Positions 46,837 to 56,988 of a stretch of DNA of 64,000 nt are shown here, one piece after another. Source of the DNA: Acidobacteriota bacterium (GTDB taxonomy: Bacteria > Acidobacteriota > Thermoanaerobaculia > Multivoradales > JAHZIX01). How positions within the stretch are numbered: the stretch's first letter is position 1; the number at the start of each line of letters is the position of its first letter. The stretch is from positions 6,808-70,807 of the forward strand of contig JAXHTF010000010.1 of assembly GCA_034211275.1 (NCBI GenBank). Reading direction: 5' to 3'. The notes beneath the pieces were generated by a model that saw nothing but the letters and a program-made list of their open reading frames with translations, searched no databases and was not told the DNA's origin. A program made the translations under genes and the position numbers.

Positions 46837-47817
46837 ATGCCCCAATCAACAGAGCCCCGATCGACCGAACGCCAGGATGCCGAGCTCCAAGCCAGTAAGC
46901 CCAGCATGCAGGCCAACGACGCCATGAGCCCGCCAAGCCACTACGAGGCGATCAAGGAGCAGGCTCTCGACTGCATGCGCGAAGGGCGCCTGCGCGAGGC
47001 CTTGAGCCTCTTCGACCGGGCATTGGCGCTGGCGGGGGAGCTCGGAGATTCCAATTTGGTGGATCGGGCCCTGTGCAACCGCTGTCGAGTCGCCATCGAG
47101 CTGGGCAGCAGCCGGCGAGAGCTCGGCGAGCTGGGCAAGGTGTTGTTGCGCAATCGGGACCCGGAGATTCGCTTCCTCGCCGCCTACAACCTGACCCGGG
47201 CTCATCTGCTGCGCAAAGACGCCGACAAGGCGTTGTTCTATGGCGGCGTCGCCCGGCAAGAGGGCGAGCGGGCTGGCAAGGCCGGATTGGTCTCGGCGGC
47301 ACACAACGGCATTGGGCTGGCGTTGCTCGCCTCGAGCTACTTCGAGCAGGCGGAGGCGGAGTTCGAACAGGCTTTGGGGATGTTGCCGGAAGATCATCGC
47401 CGCCGGCGCGCAGTCATCCTCGACAACTACGGTTACTGCAAGATCATCCGCGGGTCGGTGCCGGAAGGCTTCCAGGCGCTCTTCGAGAGCCTGCGCACCC
47501 TCTGCCGCACCGGCGAGTTGTGGTTCGAGATGATCACCCGAGTCAGCCTTTGCTTCGCCTATCTGGAAGTGGACAAATATCGGGCGGCCTTGCGCCACGG
47601 GCGCCGGGCGCTGGAGATGGCGGAGCGCTTCGAGGACCGTTCGACCCAGAAGTCGGCCCTCTTCTTGCTGGGAGAGGCGGCCAAGCTCGCCGGCGATGAC
47701 TTCGGAGCTCGCCGATACTTTTCCCGGCTTCAGGAGGTCTACTACCCTGACGCTGATTATCTGCCCGACATGCTGATGGTGGTGGACGCCCGCAGCATGG
47801 TGAATCTGAAGGCATGA
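46837..47817 (+). CDS. cytoplasmic TPR-like helical repeat protein, paralog B
   Basis: Paralog of 44903..45913. Its stop overlaps the start of the downstream secreted paralog (ATGA at 47814-47817). Confidence 0.55.
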   Translation: MPQSTEPRSTERQDAELQASKPSMQANDAMSPPSHYEAIKEQALDCMREGRLREALSLFDRALALAGELGDSNLVDRALCNRCRVAIELGSSRRELGELGKVLLRNRDPEIRFLAAYNLTRAHLLRKDADKALFYGGVARQEGERAGKAGLVSAAHNGIGLALLASSYFEQAEAEFEQALGMLPEDHRRRRAVILDNYGYCKIIRGSVPEGFQALFESLRTLCRTGELWFEMITRVSLCFAYLEVDKYRAALRHGRRALEMAERFEDRSTQKSALFLLGEAAKLAGDDFGARRYFSRLQEVYYPDADYLPDMLMVVDARSMVNLKA

Positions 47818-49226
47818 AGATGTTCAAGCGCTACCCCCTTCTGACTACGCTTTTCGCCGTCGGCCTCGCCCTCGTGGTTTGCGGGACGGCTCTCGCCGCC
47901 GAGTCCACCGCGGTGCTCGACCACCAGGGGACTCTCTACACCCTGCTCAGCGGTCGCCGTGGCGATCTCTTCACCGGGGTCAAAGGTCCGGCGGCCAATG
48001 CGCCGGTGCTCGCCCTGGAGATTCGTCAGCCGGGAGAGACTCCCGAGGACACGGAAATTCGTCGGCTGCTGGTGGCGGACACCGGTGATGCCGCGCAGGA
48101 AGAATCCGCCAACCTGGTGCTGGAAGAGGCGGCCGGCACGGTCTATGTCGTCTGGTCCCGAATCCCTGCCGAAGGCCCGGTCGAGCTGCGGGTCTCCGGA
48201 TTGGTAGAGGATCAGTGGTCCGAGCCGGTGAGCTTGGAGGCCATGGGCGACCTGACCGTAGCGCCGCAGCTCTTGGTCACCCGGGATCGTATGGCCAAGC
48301 CGGACCCCGACACTGGAGTGCTGCGGAGCACCGCCCGCACCGTTTTGCATTTGCTGTGGGCCGAGGATGCCGCCGAGGGGGAGCGAGTGCTGTACTCGCC
48401 GCTGGTGCTGGAAGACGGCGCCTACGTCGGCGAGGCGCCGCGGATGGTGCTCAACGACTTCGACCCCACCACGACGCCGGGGGACAAGGGCGCGACCTCC
48501 ATCAGCGCTCCGACCCTCGCCGCCGGAGTCGACAATCAATCGGTGATCGCCGGCTTCGTCAACATGGCCACCGGTCGCCAGCTGAGCATCGAGCTGCGCA
48601 TGCTGCCCTTTGCCCTGGGCACCTTGGCCCGCGACGTTCGCGACTTCATCCTCGACGAAGGGGTCGGCATCGTCGGTCCCGGAAGCGTTGAGTCCCTCGC
48701 CGGCGGCGTCGGCGGCATGATCATCGAGACGGGCCGTGAGTTCCATCCCGGCGTACGCTTCTACTTCGCCTCGGTGGCGCAGGAGGCGGTGCTCGAAGAG
48801 GCCCTGGCCAGTGACGGCCCCGGCGTCGGATTGCAGAGCTTGGCCGGGGGAGTCGGCGGCATGATCATCGAGGTCGGCTCGCGGTTCTTCGGCACCGATG
48901 GCCTGGACCGCAACTTCGTCGCCTCGCGCCTTAGCCTGGTGGAGATCGGCAGCGCCGTCGAGCTCGATCCGGACACTCTGGTCAATCACCTCTTGCGGGT
49001 CTACGTGGTCTCCGACCGCGAAGCTCCGGACGTCGGCGGCGACGCCGCTTTGTTGGTGTCGGAGGATGGCGAGGAGGGCATGGTGGCCTGGCCCGAGGGC
49101 GAGGAGCTGCGCTATCGCGAGACCAGCGGTGCGATTTGGTCGGACGTGCGGGCCGTGCCTCTGGACGAGGGCTTCGATCTCGAGCAGGCCCGCCAGCTGC
49201 TCCGGCAACGTCTCCAGCGGCGCTGA
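47814..49226 (+). CDS. secreted hypothetical protein, paralog B
   Basis: Signal peptide MKMFKRYPLLTTLFAVGLALVVCGTALA. Shares conserved blocks with 43501..44898 (VLALEI.QPG, VLHL.W.E, VLYSP.VL..G.Y). Two GGVGGMIIE.G repeats. Confidence 0.55.
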   Translation: MKMFKRYPLLTTLFAVGLALVVCGTALAAESTAVLDHQGTLYTLLSGRRGDLFTGVKGPAANAPVLALEIRQPGETPEDTEIRRLLVADTGDAAQEESANLVLEEAAGTVYVVWSRIPAEGPVELRVSGLVEDQWSEPVSLEAMGDLTVAPQLLVTRDRMAKPDPDTGVLRSTARTVLHLLWAEDAAEGERVLYSPLVLEDGAYVGEAPRMVLNDFDPTTTPGDKGATSISAPTLAAGVDNQSVIAGFVNMATGRQLSIELRMLPFALGTLARDVRDFILDEGVGIVGPGSVESLAGGVGGMIIETGREFHPGVRFYFASVAQEAVLEEALASDGPGVGLQSLAGGVGGMIIEVGSRFFGTDGLDRNFVASRLSLVEIGSAVELDPDTLVNHLLRVYVVSDREAPDVGGDAALLVSEDGEEGMVAWPEGEELRYRETSGAIWSDVRAVPLDEGFDLEQARQLLRQRLQRR

Positions 49227-49407
49227 GCAACGCCCGCCCGGCTAGTCTCGTCCAGCTAGCTTGATCTGCTAGCCTCCCCTGACTCGCGCCTCGAGGGGGC
49301 GGTAGCGGTTGAACCATTCGTCCGAGCCAGCGGTTTTTTATCGGCCGCTGGCTCTTCTGCTTTCAGCCCGCGGCGCCCGGCGGTAGAGACTCCGGAGCGG
49401 CGGCGGT

Positions 49408-50199
49408 GTGCCTCGGGAGCCATCGGTCTTGACCCAACACCTCTTTCTTCTCCGCGAGCTCGTGCGTCGGGACTTCCGTGGCCGGTACGCTGGTAGCGTC
49501 CTGGGCTTTTTGTGGTCCTTCGTGCAGCCTCTCTGGCAGCTCCTCCTCTTCAGCTTCATCTTCGGTAGCCTGATGAAGATCTCGCCGCTGGGAGAACGCA
49601 CCGACAATTTCGGCGTGTTTCTCTTCTGCGGGCTGCTGCCCTGGACGGCCTTCCACGAGGGCATTGTCCGCGCGTCCACGGCGATCACCGAGAACGCCAG
49701 CCTGGTCAAGAAGCTCAACTTCCCCTCCGAGCTGCTGATCCTGGCGGTGGCGTTGGGGGCTTTGCTCCACGAAGCCATCGCCGCGGCGATCTTCGTCGTG
49801 GTCCTGGTGCTGATGGGTGAGCTGGTGCTCACGGGCCTGCCGCTGCTGTTGGTGGCCCTGCCGCTGCAGCTGGCGCTGACCCTCGGCCTGGGGCTCCTCC
49901 TGTCGGCGGTCCACGTCTTTTTCCGCGACACCGCGCAGGTGGTCACCATGGTGTTCACCGGCTGGTTCTACTTCACCCCCATCGTCTATCCCATGAGCCT
50001 GGTGCCCGAGCGCTTCTTGCCCTGGATCGAGGCCAATCCCCTGACCGCCTTGGTGGCCCTGTATCGGGCTGCCTTCCTCGGCGGCCCGCCGGTGGACCCT
50101 TCGGGAGTGCTGCTGCTGGCGCTTTGGTCGGTGGCTTCGGCTGCTCTCGGCTTATTTCTCTTCTTGCGCTTGAAGCCCAGCTTCGCCGACGAAATCTAG
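49408..50199 (+). CDS. ABC-2 type exporter permease (Wzm/KpsM/TagG-like)
   Basis: 263 aa, 6 TM segments. N-terminal RELVRRDFRGRYAGSVLGFLW motif typical of ABC-2 polysaccharide/teichoic acid export permeases. GTG start. Confidence 0.75.
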   Translation: MPREPSVLTQHLFLLRELVRRDFRGRYAGSVLGFLWSFVQPLWQLLLFSFIFGSLMKISPLGERTDNFGVFLFCGLLPWTAFHEGIVRASTAITENASLVKKLNFPSELLILAVALGALLHEAIAAAIFVVVLVLMGELVLTGLPLLLVALPLQLALTLGLGLLLSAVHVFFRDTAQVVTMVFTGWFYFTPIVYPMSLVPERFLPWIEANPLTALVALYRAAFLGGPPVDPSGVLLLALWSVASAALGLFLFLRLKPSFADEI

Positions 50200-50283
50200 C
50201 CGGTGCTCATCGCACGTTGAACACCGGCGAGGTGTCCGGTGCTCATCGCGCTCTCTCGCCGCGTTTCGCGCACGGCAGGCTGA

Positions 50284-53133
50284 TCAGTTGTCGGTGACGC
50301 TGGTGGTCCAGCCGCCCAAGGTCCCTGCCTCGAAACCGTCGGTAAAGACCACCGTCGCGCTGCCGCTGACGTTCACCGTCAAGCTGTCGCTGGCGGCGCC
50401 GCAGGCGCTGTTGGAGACCTCAACGGTCTTGGCGCCGTTGGAGAACCAAGCCACCGTCAACTGCGAGGTGCTGGAGGATCCGACGCCTCCGGAGGTGGTC
50501 CAGGTCCAGCCGTCGGCGTTGGGGGTGCAGTTGGTGGTGGAGGCGTTGAAGGTCACCGCGTGCCCCCTGTCGGCGGTCGTGGGGCCGGTGACGGTCACCG
50601 ACGGCTCCGGGGCTCCTCCGACGTTGATGATCGGATGGCCCTCGTAGATGTCCGAGGCGGAGTTGCGGCGGACCCGCAGCCGCGGGTGGAAGGTGCCGGT
50701 GGAGGTGTAGGTGAAGAGAGTCACCGGCGCGGGATTGTCTTCGTCCTCGAAGCTGCCGTCGCCGTCCCAGTCATAGTCCCAGAAATCCGGCTCGCCGATG
50801 CTCTCGTCGATGAAGGTGATGGGGACGTTGACGTCGGCGAAGCAAGTTCCGGCGGCGCAGAAGAGCGAGGCGCGGAAATCGGCGATGACCGGCTCCGCGT
50901 TGCTCGCGTCCACCGCCAAGATGGCGCTGGTGCGGGGCACCTCGGCGCAGTTGCGCACCATCACCTGGACGTCGTAGGTGGCGGCGACGTCATAGGTGTG
51001 AACCGGATTCGGGCCGTCGACGGGGTCGCTGGTCCAGCCCTCGAAGCCGTCGTTGTTGGGGCCGCCGCCGGGGTTGTCGCCGAAGCTCCAATTCCACTCC
51101 GTCGCTCCGGACACGCCGGCGTGGAATTGCACCGTGCCGGTGGCCGGAGGATCCGGCTGGCCGTCGTAGGTGGGCGTGAAGGCGCCGTTGGCGGGCAGCG
51201 GATCCAGTGGATTCAGGGTCACCGCCGCGGAGGTCGCGGTGTCGATGCCGGCGGAGTTGGTGACCGTGACCTCGGCGGTGTAGGTGGTGCCGGTGGTCTG
51301 CCCCGGCGTCGAGGTCCACACGAAGGGGTTGACGTTGCCGCCGGAGGCCACCACGCCCCCGCCGTTCTGGCTGATCTGCCAGCTGAACGTCAGCGGCGGT
51401 TGCCCGGTGACATTCTGGGCGGTGAAGGTCACCGGCTGGCAGAGCAGTGCCGGGTTGGGCGATGAGGCGACGCCGGTGACCACCGGCTCCGGTTCCAAGA
51501 CCGTCAGATTCTTCTGGGTGCTGTTGCTGCCGGCTCCGTTGCTGGCTTGGAGAGCGACGGTCTTGCTGCCGGCGCCGTCAAAGGCGATGTTGGCCGGGTT
51601 CTGACTGGTCGAGCCGCCGGGATTGCCGTCGGGGAGGAAGTCCCAATCCCAAGCGGTCGGTCCGCCGGTGCTGGAGTCGAAGAAGTCCACCTGGGTGCCG
51701 GGATAGATCTGCGCCGGGGTCCAGGTGAAGTCCGGGTTCGGCGGCGCGCCGCCGGTGCGCCGGTGGACGTCGAAGATGGCATGGCCTGCGCGGAAAAAAT
51801 AGTCGCCGGAGAACTTGCCCACTCGCGGCGCGACCCGATTGAAGCCGTGGACTCCGTTCTGACGGTAATACCAGCCCCAATAGCTCACCGGTGCGCCGTT
51901 GATGACCACGGTGCCCTGGGGGCTGATATCCGTCGGCGAAGAGGGATTGCGAACGTCGTAGAGCCATTCCTTCTGGTTGCCGCTCTGGCAATAGCCGCTG
52001 TCGCCGAAATAGAGGAACGGAATATCGCCGGTGGAGCGGCTGAAGGTCACCAGCGGGTCGCCCACCGGATCCATGCTCCGGGACCACATGGGAGAGCCGG
52101 GAGAGCAGAAGCCATCGGTGATGCAGGAGACATCGTAGATGCGCGCCTGGGTGTCTGTGCGAGCGGCCAGGTAGTAGTCGGCGCCGTCCTGCCAGAGCGC
52201 GACACCGTAGATGCTGTCGCCGCTCAAAGCGTCCATCACCATCGAGGGCTGGGACGGGTTGGAGACGTCCCAGATCTCGAAGCCGCGGGGCGAGAAGGTG
52301 GAGCTGAGAACGATGAAGTCGCCGGCGCCGTCAAGGTAATTGGCGCGGATGCGCGAGCCGATCTTGCCGAGGTAGATCCCCGGGCAGAAGGTGGTGCCGG
52401 GCTGGTTCTCGTTGCAGCGGCCGGTGAGGTTCATGGCGGCGGTCATGTCGTAAGCGAAGACGCCACCCTCGCGGTTGGCGGCGACGAAGACATAGTCGCG
52501 GGAGTCGATGGTGGTGGTGTAGACGGCCCGCACCTCGCGGCTGGCGAGGGTGCCGGTGTCCTGGTACTTGATCCTCGGAGTGTCTTTGATGCTGGTATCT
52601 ACGATGGCGACGCCGAGGCCATAGACGCCGCCGATGGCGACGCGGTCCGCCTTGCCGGGCGGAGCGTCGATGTCGGTGAAGACCGAGAAGGCGTGAGCGT
52701 CGGGAGTCCAGTTGAACGGCAGGCTGTTGATGCCCGAATCGAGGAGAGCGGAGGGGGAGCCGGGATTGAAGCGGGCATCCCAAATCTGGAAGCGCATGCT
52801 GGTGGCAGCAAAGACGAAATTCTGCTCTACATCCAGCGACAGCCAGTAGGGGTTCAGCTCGAAGCTGCCCACGCCGTTGAAGTCGGTGGAGTCGCGATTG
52901 CCCGGCAGGGTCGTTGTGGAGGCGGGCTCTAGGCCGTTCCACAGCGCCGACGGGACCGGTACGGCGGGAGTGGCAAAATCACAGTAATTGCAGGTGGTGT
53001 CGCAGTTCTGAGCCACCGCCGGCAGCGCTGCCGAAGCCGTCAGAATCAAGACTGCAGCCAGAGTCAGCCGTCGTCGGGAGGCCGGCCGGGCTTTGGGTAC
53101 AGCGCATGCAAAGAGTTTCGAGGTCCAGCACAT
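50284..53133 (-). CDS. giant secreted protein: N-terminal LVIVD-repeat beta-propeller followed by multiple PKD domains
   Basis: Start set at ATG 53133 (AGGAG 6 nt upstream, signal peptide ...LTLAAVLILTASAALPAVA). LVIVD-type blades (GVAIVDTS, GVFAYDMT, FEIWDVSNPSQP, ARIYDVS, WLYDVRNPSSP). PKD signatures (WDWDF.DG, WNWSFGDN, HTY). Paralogous over about 800 aa to 57561..62324. Confidence 0.65.
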   Translation of the reverse strand: MCWTSKLFACAVPKARPASRRRLTLAAVLILTASAALPAVAQNCDTTCNYCDFATPAVPVPSALWNGLEPASTTTLPGNRDSTDFNGVGSFELNPYWLSLDVEQNFVFAATSMRFQIWDARFNPGSPSALLDSGINSLPFNWTPDAHAFSVFTDIDAPPGKADRVAIGGVYGLGVAIVDTSIKDTPRIKYQDTGTLASREVRAVYTTTIDSRDYVFVAANREGGVFAYDMTAAMNLTGRCNENQPGTTFCPGIYLGKIGSRIRANYLDGAGDFIVLSSTFSPRGFEIWDVSNPSQPSMVMDALSGDSIYGVALWQDGADYYLAARTDTQARIYDVSCITDGFCSPGSPMWSRSMDPVGDPLVTFSRSTGDIPFLYFGDSGYCQSGNQKEWLYDVRNPSSPTDISPQGTVVINGAPVSYWGWYYRQNGVHGFNRVAPRVGKFSGDYFFRAGHAIFDVHRRTGGAPPNPDFTWTPAQIYPGTQVDFFDSSTGGPTAWDWDFLPDGNPGGSTSQNPANIAFDGAGSKTVALQASNGAGSNSTQKNLTVLEPEPVVTGVASSPNPALLCQPVTFTAQNVTGQPPLTFSWQISQNGGGVVASGGNVNPFVWTSTPGQTTGTTYTAEVTVTNSAGIDTATSAAVTLNPLDPLPANGAFTPTYDGQPDPPATGTVQFHAGVSGATEWNWSFGDNPGGGPNNDGFEGWTSDPVDGPNPVHTYDVAATYDVQVMVRNCAEVPRTSAILAVDASNAEPVIADFRASLFCAAGTCFADVNVPITFIDESIGEPDFWDYDWDGDGSFEDEDNPAPVTLFTYTSTGTFHPRLRVRRNSASDIYEGHPIINVGGAPEPSVTVTGPTTADRGHAVTFNASTTNCTPNADGWTWTTSGGVGSSSTSQLTVAWFSNGAKTVEVSNSACGAASDSLTVNVSGSATVVFTDGFEAGTLGGWTTSVTDN

Positions 53134-53531
53134 AAAGACTCCTTCGATCAGCCATGGGGGGGCGATCTGCGGAGGTCGCGACAAGCGCGCGTTCCAGTTC
53201 ATTCAAGCAAGTCGATCCCGCGCACCGGGAGGAATTTATGGATTATGCCATTATCCTATTGCTCGGCGCAATCCTGTCTTCTTCGTTCTTCAGCCGCCAA
53301 CGGGGGCCGCCACTCTCGACGCACAGTGAAGGCGGAGAGGCGACGGTGCTTGACCTCGAAGCTGCTTCTGTTACCATTCGCCCTCTGGAGGCGGCGGCTT
53401 CAAGCCCATCGCTGCTGCCGGAGACCTCGCCGAAGCGAATATCGCAAAACAGCATAGCTCCGCAGACCATCCAGCCACCTCAGCTTTCAATGCCCGACGC
53501 GCTTCGGGCCCTCCAGCAAGGGAGACGATCC

Positions 53532-55310
53532 ATGATTCCAGCCCTCTCGACTTGGCCGCTGCGCGGCCGAATCGCCGTCGTGGCTTTCCTGCTCAGTGCG
53601 CTCTTCGCCCTGCCCCTGGCGCTTCCCGCGGAAGGCCAAATGGGGATGCAGCGGGGAGAGGACCCCATGGACGACCTCGGCTCCTTGGAGCCGGAGGACG
53701 GGAAATGGCTTACCGACGACGAGGGTGAGGAGTACTTCGTCAAGAAGTTGCCGAAGAAAGAGGGGACCTACCAGTACTACGGAGAGAACCAGGTGCGCTA
53801 CAAGCATTGGTTCATCTTCGATCTGGTCAAAGAAGATGACGAGAACCTCTACATCAAGATCTACAAGCCCCGCGAGCACCGCCCTGGGTTCACCCGAGAA
53901 GAGGTGGAGGCCCGGCGAGCCAAGGAGGAAGCGGCCGTCGCCGCCAGCTACCAGGTCGAGGTGGGGGAGAGCGACCGCTTGACCTACATCCCCTTCGATC
54001 AGGGGTTGCCGCGCCGGGGCATGTGGCGCAACGGTTTCGACATCGCCGATGTCAACGGCGACGGTCATCTGGACATCGTTCACGGCCCGGCCCGCAAGGG
54101 GGCTCCGGTGCCCCGCATCTTCCTCGGGGACGGCGAGGGCAATTGGAAGCTCTGGCGCGAGGCCCGCTATCCCCGGGCGCCCTACGACTACGGTGACGCC
54201 GCTGCTGCCGATTTCGATGGTGACGGCCTGACCGACCTGGCTTTCGGTTTCCACCTGCGGGGGCTGCTGGCACTTCGCCAGAGCAGCCCCGGTGTCTTCG
54301 AGGTGTGGAGCGAGGGCCTCGATCTGCAGGTTCCCGGCGCTGGCTCCGACGCTTCCGGCTTTTCCACTAGGGCCATCGAGCTCGCGGACTGGAACGGCGA
54401 CGGTCGTATCGACATCTTGGCCGCGGGGGAGGGCCCCCGGCCCGCCGGGCAAAAAGGCGACAAGACCACCGGCATGGTCTCTTCCCAGGCCTTTGGGGTC
54501 GCCGTCTATCTCAATCACGGGGACGGCACCTGGGAGCGCCTCGGCGCCGACAAGAAGACCTCCGGGCTGTTCGGGGACTACCTCGCCTATGGCGACGTCA
54601 ACGCCGACGGGCGCCTGGACCTGGTGACCTCTTCGAATCTCTTGGGGCGTCAGAACATCCTGCACCTCGGGAGCGAGGACGGAGAGTGGGAGCGCTACAC
54701 GGTGGATCAAATACGCCCCAACGCCTATCTCCAGTCCGTGGGGATTGCCGACTTCGACGGCGACGGTCGGGACGACATCGCCATCGGTTACGCCAGCTGG
54801 CAGCTGAAATTCTGGCGCACCGGCCTCGACGTGCTGTTCTCTCGCCCCGACGATACCTGGGAGCGGCGCACTCTCTTCCTCGAGGAGAGTCGGCTGAGCC
54901 TATGGGCGCTCGGTACCGGTGATGTCGACGGAGACGAGAACGCGGACATCGTCGTGTCCACCGGTGACGGCGGGGTGATGGTGTTCTTGGGCACCGGCAA
55001 GGGCACCTTTACGCGGGAAGCGGCCACTTCTTTGCACAGCGCCCGCGGCTGCCGGGGTTACGCAGTGCGCTTGGCGGATCTCAATGGCGACGGGAAGGAC
55101 GAAATCGTGGCGGCCTTCGCCGACGAGGGCTCGGCTCTGCCCATGACGGAGTTCCCCGTCACCTGCACCAGCGCCGGAGCGATCATGGCTTGGCGTACCG
55201 AATCGTCCCAGGCCGAGAAGGCTGCGGCTGACTCTGCGCAAACCGAGGCTTCGCAAAAAGATCTGGGAGCGAGCGAAGGCCTTGACATGTCGACTGAGGA
55301 AGGCCTATAG
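53532..55310 (+). CDS. secreted FG-GAP/VCBS-repeat (integrin-alpha-like beta-propeller) protein
   Basis: Seven Ca-binding repeat motifs (DVNGDGHLD, DFDGDGLTD, DWNGDGRID, DVNADGRLD, DFDGDGRDD, DVDGDENAD, DLNGDGKDE). Signal peptide after ATG 53532 (AGGGAGA SD). An alternative upstream ATG lies at 53238. Confidence 0.65.
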   Translation: MIPALSTWPLRGRIAVVAFLLSALFALPLALPAEGQMGMQRGEDPMDDLGSLEPEDGKWLTDDEGEEYFVKKLPKKEGTYQYYGENQVRYKHWFIFDLVKEDDENLYIKIYKPREHRPGFTREEVEARRAKEEAAVAASYQVEVGESDRLTYIPFDQGLPRRGMWRNGFDIADVNGDGHLDIVHGPARKGAPVPRIFLGDGEGNWKLWREARYPRAPYDYGDAAAADFDGDGLTDLAFGFHLRGLLALRQSSPGVFEVWSEGLDLQVPGAGSDASGFSTRAIELADWNGDGRIDILAAGEGPRPAGQKGDKTTGMVSSQAFGVAVYLNHGDGTWERLGADKKTSGLFGDYLAYGDVNADGRLDLVTSSNLLGRQNILHLGSEDGEWERYTVDQIRPNAYLQSVGIADFDGDGRDDIAIGYASWQLKFWRTGLDVLFSRPDDTWERRTLFLEESRLSLWALGTGDVDGDENADIVVSTGDGGVMVFLGTGKGTFTREAATSLHSARGCRGYAVRLADLNGDGKDEIVAAFADEGSALPMTEFPVTCTSAGAIMAWRTESSQAEKAAADSAQTEASQKDLGASEGLDMSTEEGL

Positions 55311-55597
55311 TTCCATGAAGTAGCCGACTTAACTGCGGGATTCCAATAGGTGCTTGTTTTTACCTGGTGCCCGCGGGAGAGGCTGCTGACCAAGAAGATC
55401 ACTAGACCTTTTAGGTTTTCGAGTTTTTGACCGGGAGGTGATGCGCCCTTAGTCTTTGAGAGGAGAAGGAGATTCACTGCGAGATTAGGTTCGCCGATGG
55501 GCATAGTGTCCGTCCGGTGGCCGTAAGACTTTCGTAGTGCGTTTTTACCGGGTCCCGTCGTTGGGACCAAAAAAAATTGAATTGGAGACTGTTAGTA

Positions 55598-56920
55598 ATG
55601 AGGAAGTTCATCGCCTCTATCGCCATCGTCGGGCTTCTCGTGCTCGGCGGCTCGGCGTTCGCCGAGATCGGCGCCATCGACTCCGTGCCTGCGGCTACCC
55701 TGCTGTTGCCGTACTTCGAGGTCGCTCCGGCTGCCGGTGTCACCACCCTGTTCTCGATCAACAACGCTTCGGCCGCCCCGGTCCTGGCCCACGTCACCCT
55801 GTGGACCGACCTTTCCCGGCCTACGCTTGACTTCGACGTCTACCTCACCGGTTTCGACGTCGTGACCATCAACCTGGGCGACCTGTTCACCACCGGCGCG
55901 ATCCCGCAGACCGGCCCGAACTTCGACCCGGGCGACGACGCCATCTCCCCGAACGCTCCGGGTGAGTTCTCCTTCGCGGATGTCAACTTCCCGGCTTGCG
56001 CTTTCCCGCTGCCGGCCAACATCCCGGGTTCGCTGCTCACCTACATCCAGAACCTGCACTCCGGCGGTGCGGCTCCGGCCGGCTTCGCCAACAGCGGTCT
56101 CTGCGGTGGTGTGGACTACGGTGACGGCGTCTACCGCGGTTACGTGACCGTCGATGTCGCCAACGCCTGCTCCCTCGAGTTCCCGGGCAGCCCCGGTTAC
56201 TTCGTGAACGGCGGTCAGGGCATCGCCGGCAACGCCAACGTCCTTTGGGGCGACTACTTCTGGGTCGACGTGCCGAACGCGTTCGCCCAGGGTGATTCCC
56301 TCGTCCACATCGAGGCCACCGACACCGGCTTCTGGACGCCTGGCGACTACACCTTCTACGGCCGTTACGTCGGCTACGACGGCAGCGACAACCGCGAGCC
56401 GCTGGCGACCACCTGGGCCGCCCGCTACTTCGCCGGTACCGTCGGTGCCTTCGATGACGACACTGACGTCGTCTGCTGGCGCGACACCGGTCGCGACGAG
56501 AGCGGCTTCTTCACTTGCGGCTCCGCCGTTGCTGGCGCCGTGTCCGTGGATCCGTTCCCGCTGTCCCAGAACCAGATCGTCATCTTCGACGAGCAGGAGA
56601 ACCCGGTTGTCGTGGAGGGCTCGCCCTTCTCGCCGCCGCCGACCCTGGAAGGCGTCCTTCCCTGCCCCTACGAGGCGACTCGGGCTGACGCCAACGACTT
56701 CGGTTCGATCTTCGACTTCGGTTGGTTCTACATGAACCTCAACACCACGACCGGTAGCGTCGTCGATCCGATCAAGCAGTCCTTCGTGACCACCGTGCAC
56801 AGCGCCTCCGGCCTGTTCAGCGTTGGTTACCAGGCGGTTCACCTCGACAGCGCGCTGGCCAAGACCTTCACGGTCACCACCGCTCCGAGCGACGTGATCC
56901 TGCCGCTGGGTGTCGAGTAA
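55598..56920 (+). CDS. secreted hypothetical protein, candidate abundant cell-surface (S-layer-like) protein
   Basis: Signal peptide MRKFIASIAIVGLLVLGGSAFA. Preceded by about 280 bp of AT-rich sequence and followed by a strong intrinsic terminator. The N-terminal region (LLLPYFEV..TLFSINNAS..HVTLWTD) is related to two segments in the C-terminal part of 57561..62324. Confidence 0.55.
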   Translation: MRKFIASIAIVGLLVLGGSAFAEIGAIDSVPAATLLLPYFEVAPAAGVTTLFSINNASAAPVLAHVTLWTDLSRPTLDFDVYLTGFDVVTINLGDLFTTGAIPQTGPNFDPGDDAISPNAPGEFSFADVNFPACAFPLPANIPGSLLTYIQNLHSGGAAPAGFANSGLCGGVDYGDGVYRGYVTVDVANACSLEFPGSPGYFVNGGQGIAGNANVLWGDYFWVDVPNAFAQGDSLVHIEATDTGFWTPGDYTFYGRYVGYDGSDNREPLATTWAARYFAGTVGAFDDDTDVVCWRDTGRDESGFFTCGSAVAGAVSVDPFPLSQNQIVIFDEQENPVVVEGSPFSPPPTLEGVLPCPYEATRADANDFGSIFDFGWFYMNLNTTTGSVVDPIKQSFVTTVHSASGLFSVGYQAVHLDSALAKTFTVTTAPSDVILPLGVE

Positions 56921-56954
56921 GACAAACCCAGTTAGGTAAAGCCTGACAAGAAAA

Positions 56955-56988
56955 GGGGACGGATCCTTCGGGGTCCGTCCCCTTTTGT
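56955..56988 (+). terminator. rho-independent terminator (GGGGACGGAtCC-TTCG-GGgTCCGTCCCC followed by TTTT)
   Basis: GC-rich hairpin with a 4-nt loop and T-tract, 35 nt downstream of the stop at 56920. Confidence 0.6.

Noticed and set aside
53238-53531. Upstream alternative start (MDYAIILLLGAILSS, GGGAGGAA SD) for the FG-GAP gene
   Set aside because: The segment has noticeably lower GC3 than the rest of the gene. The downstream ATG 53532 gives a canonical signal peptide and leaves a plausible divergent promoter region. Kept as an unresolved alternative rather than the primary call.
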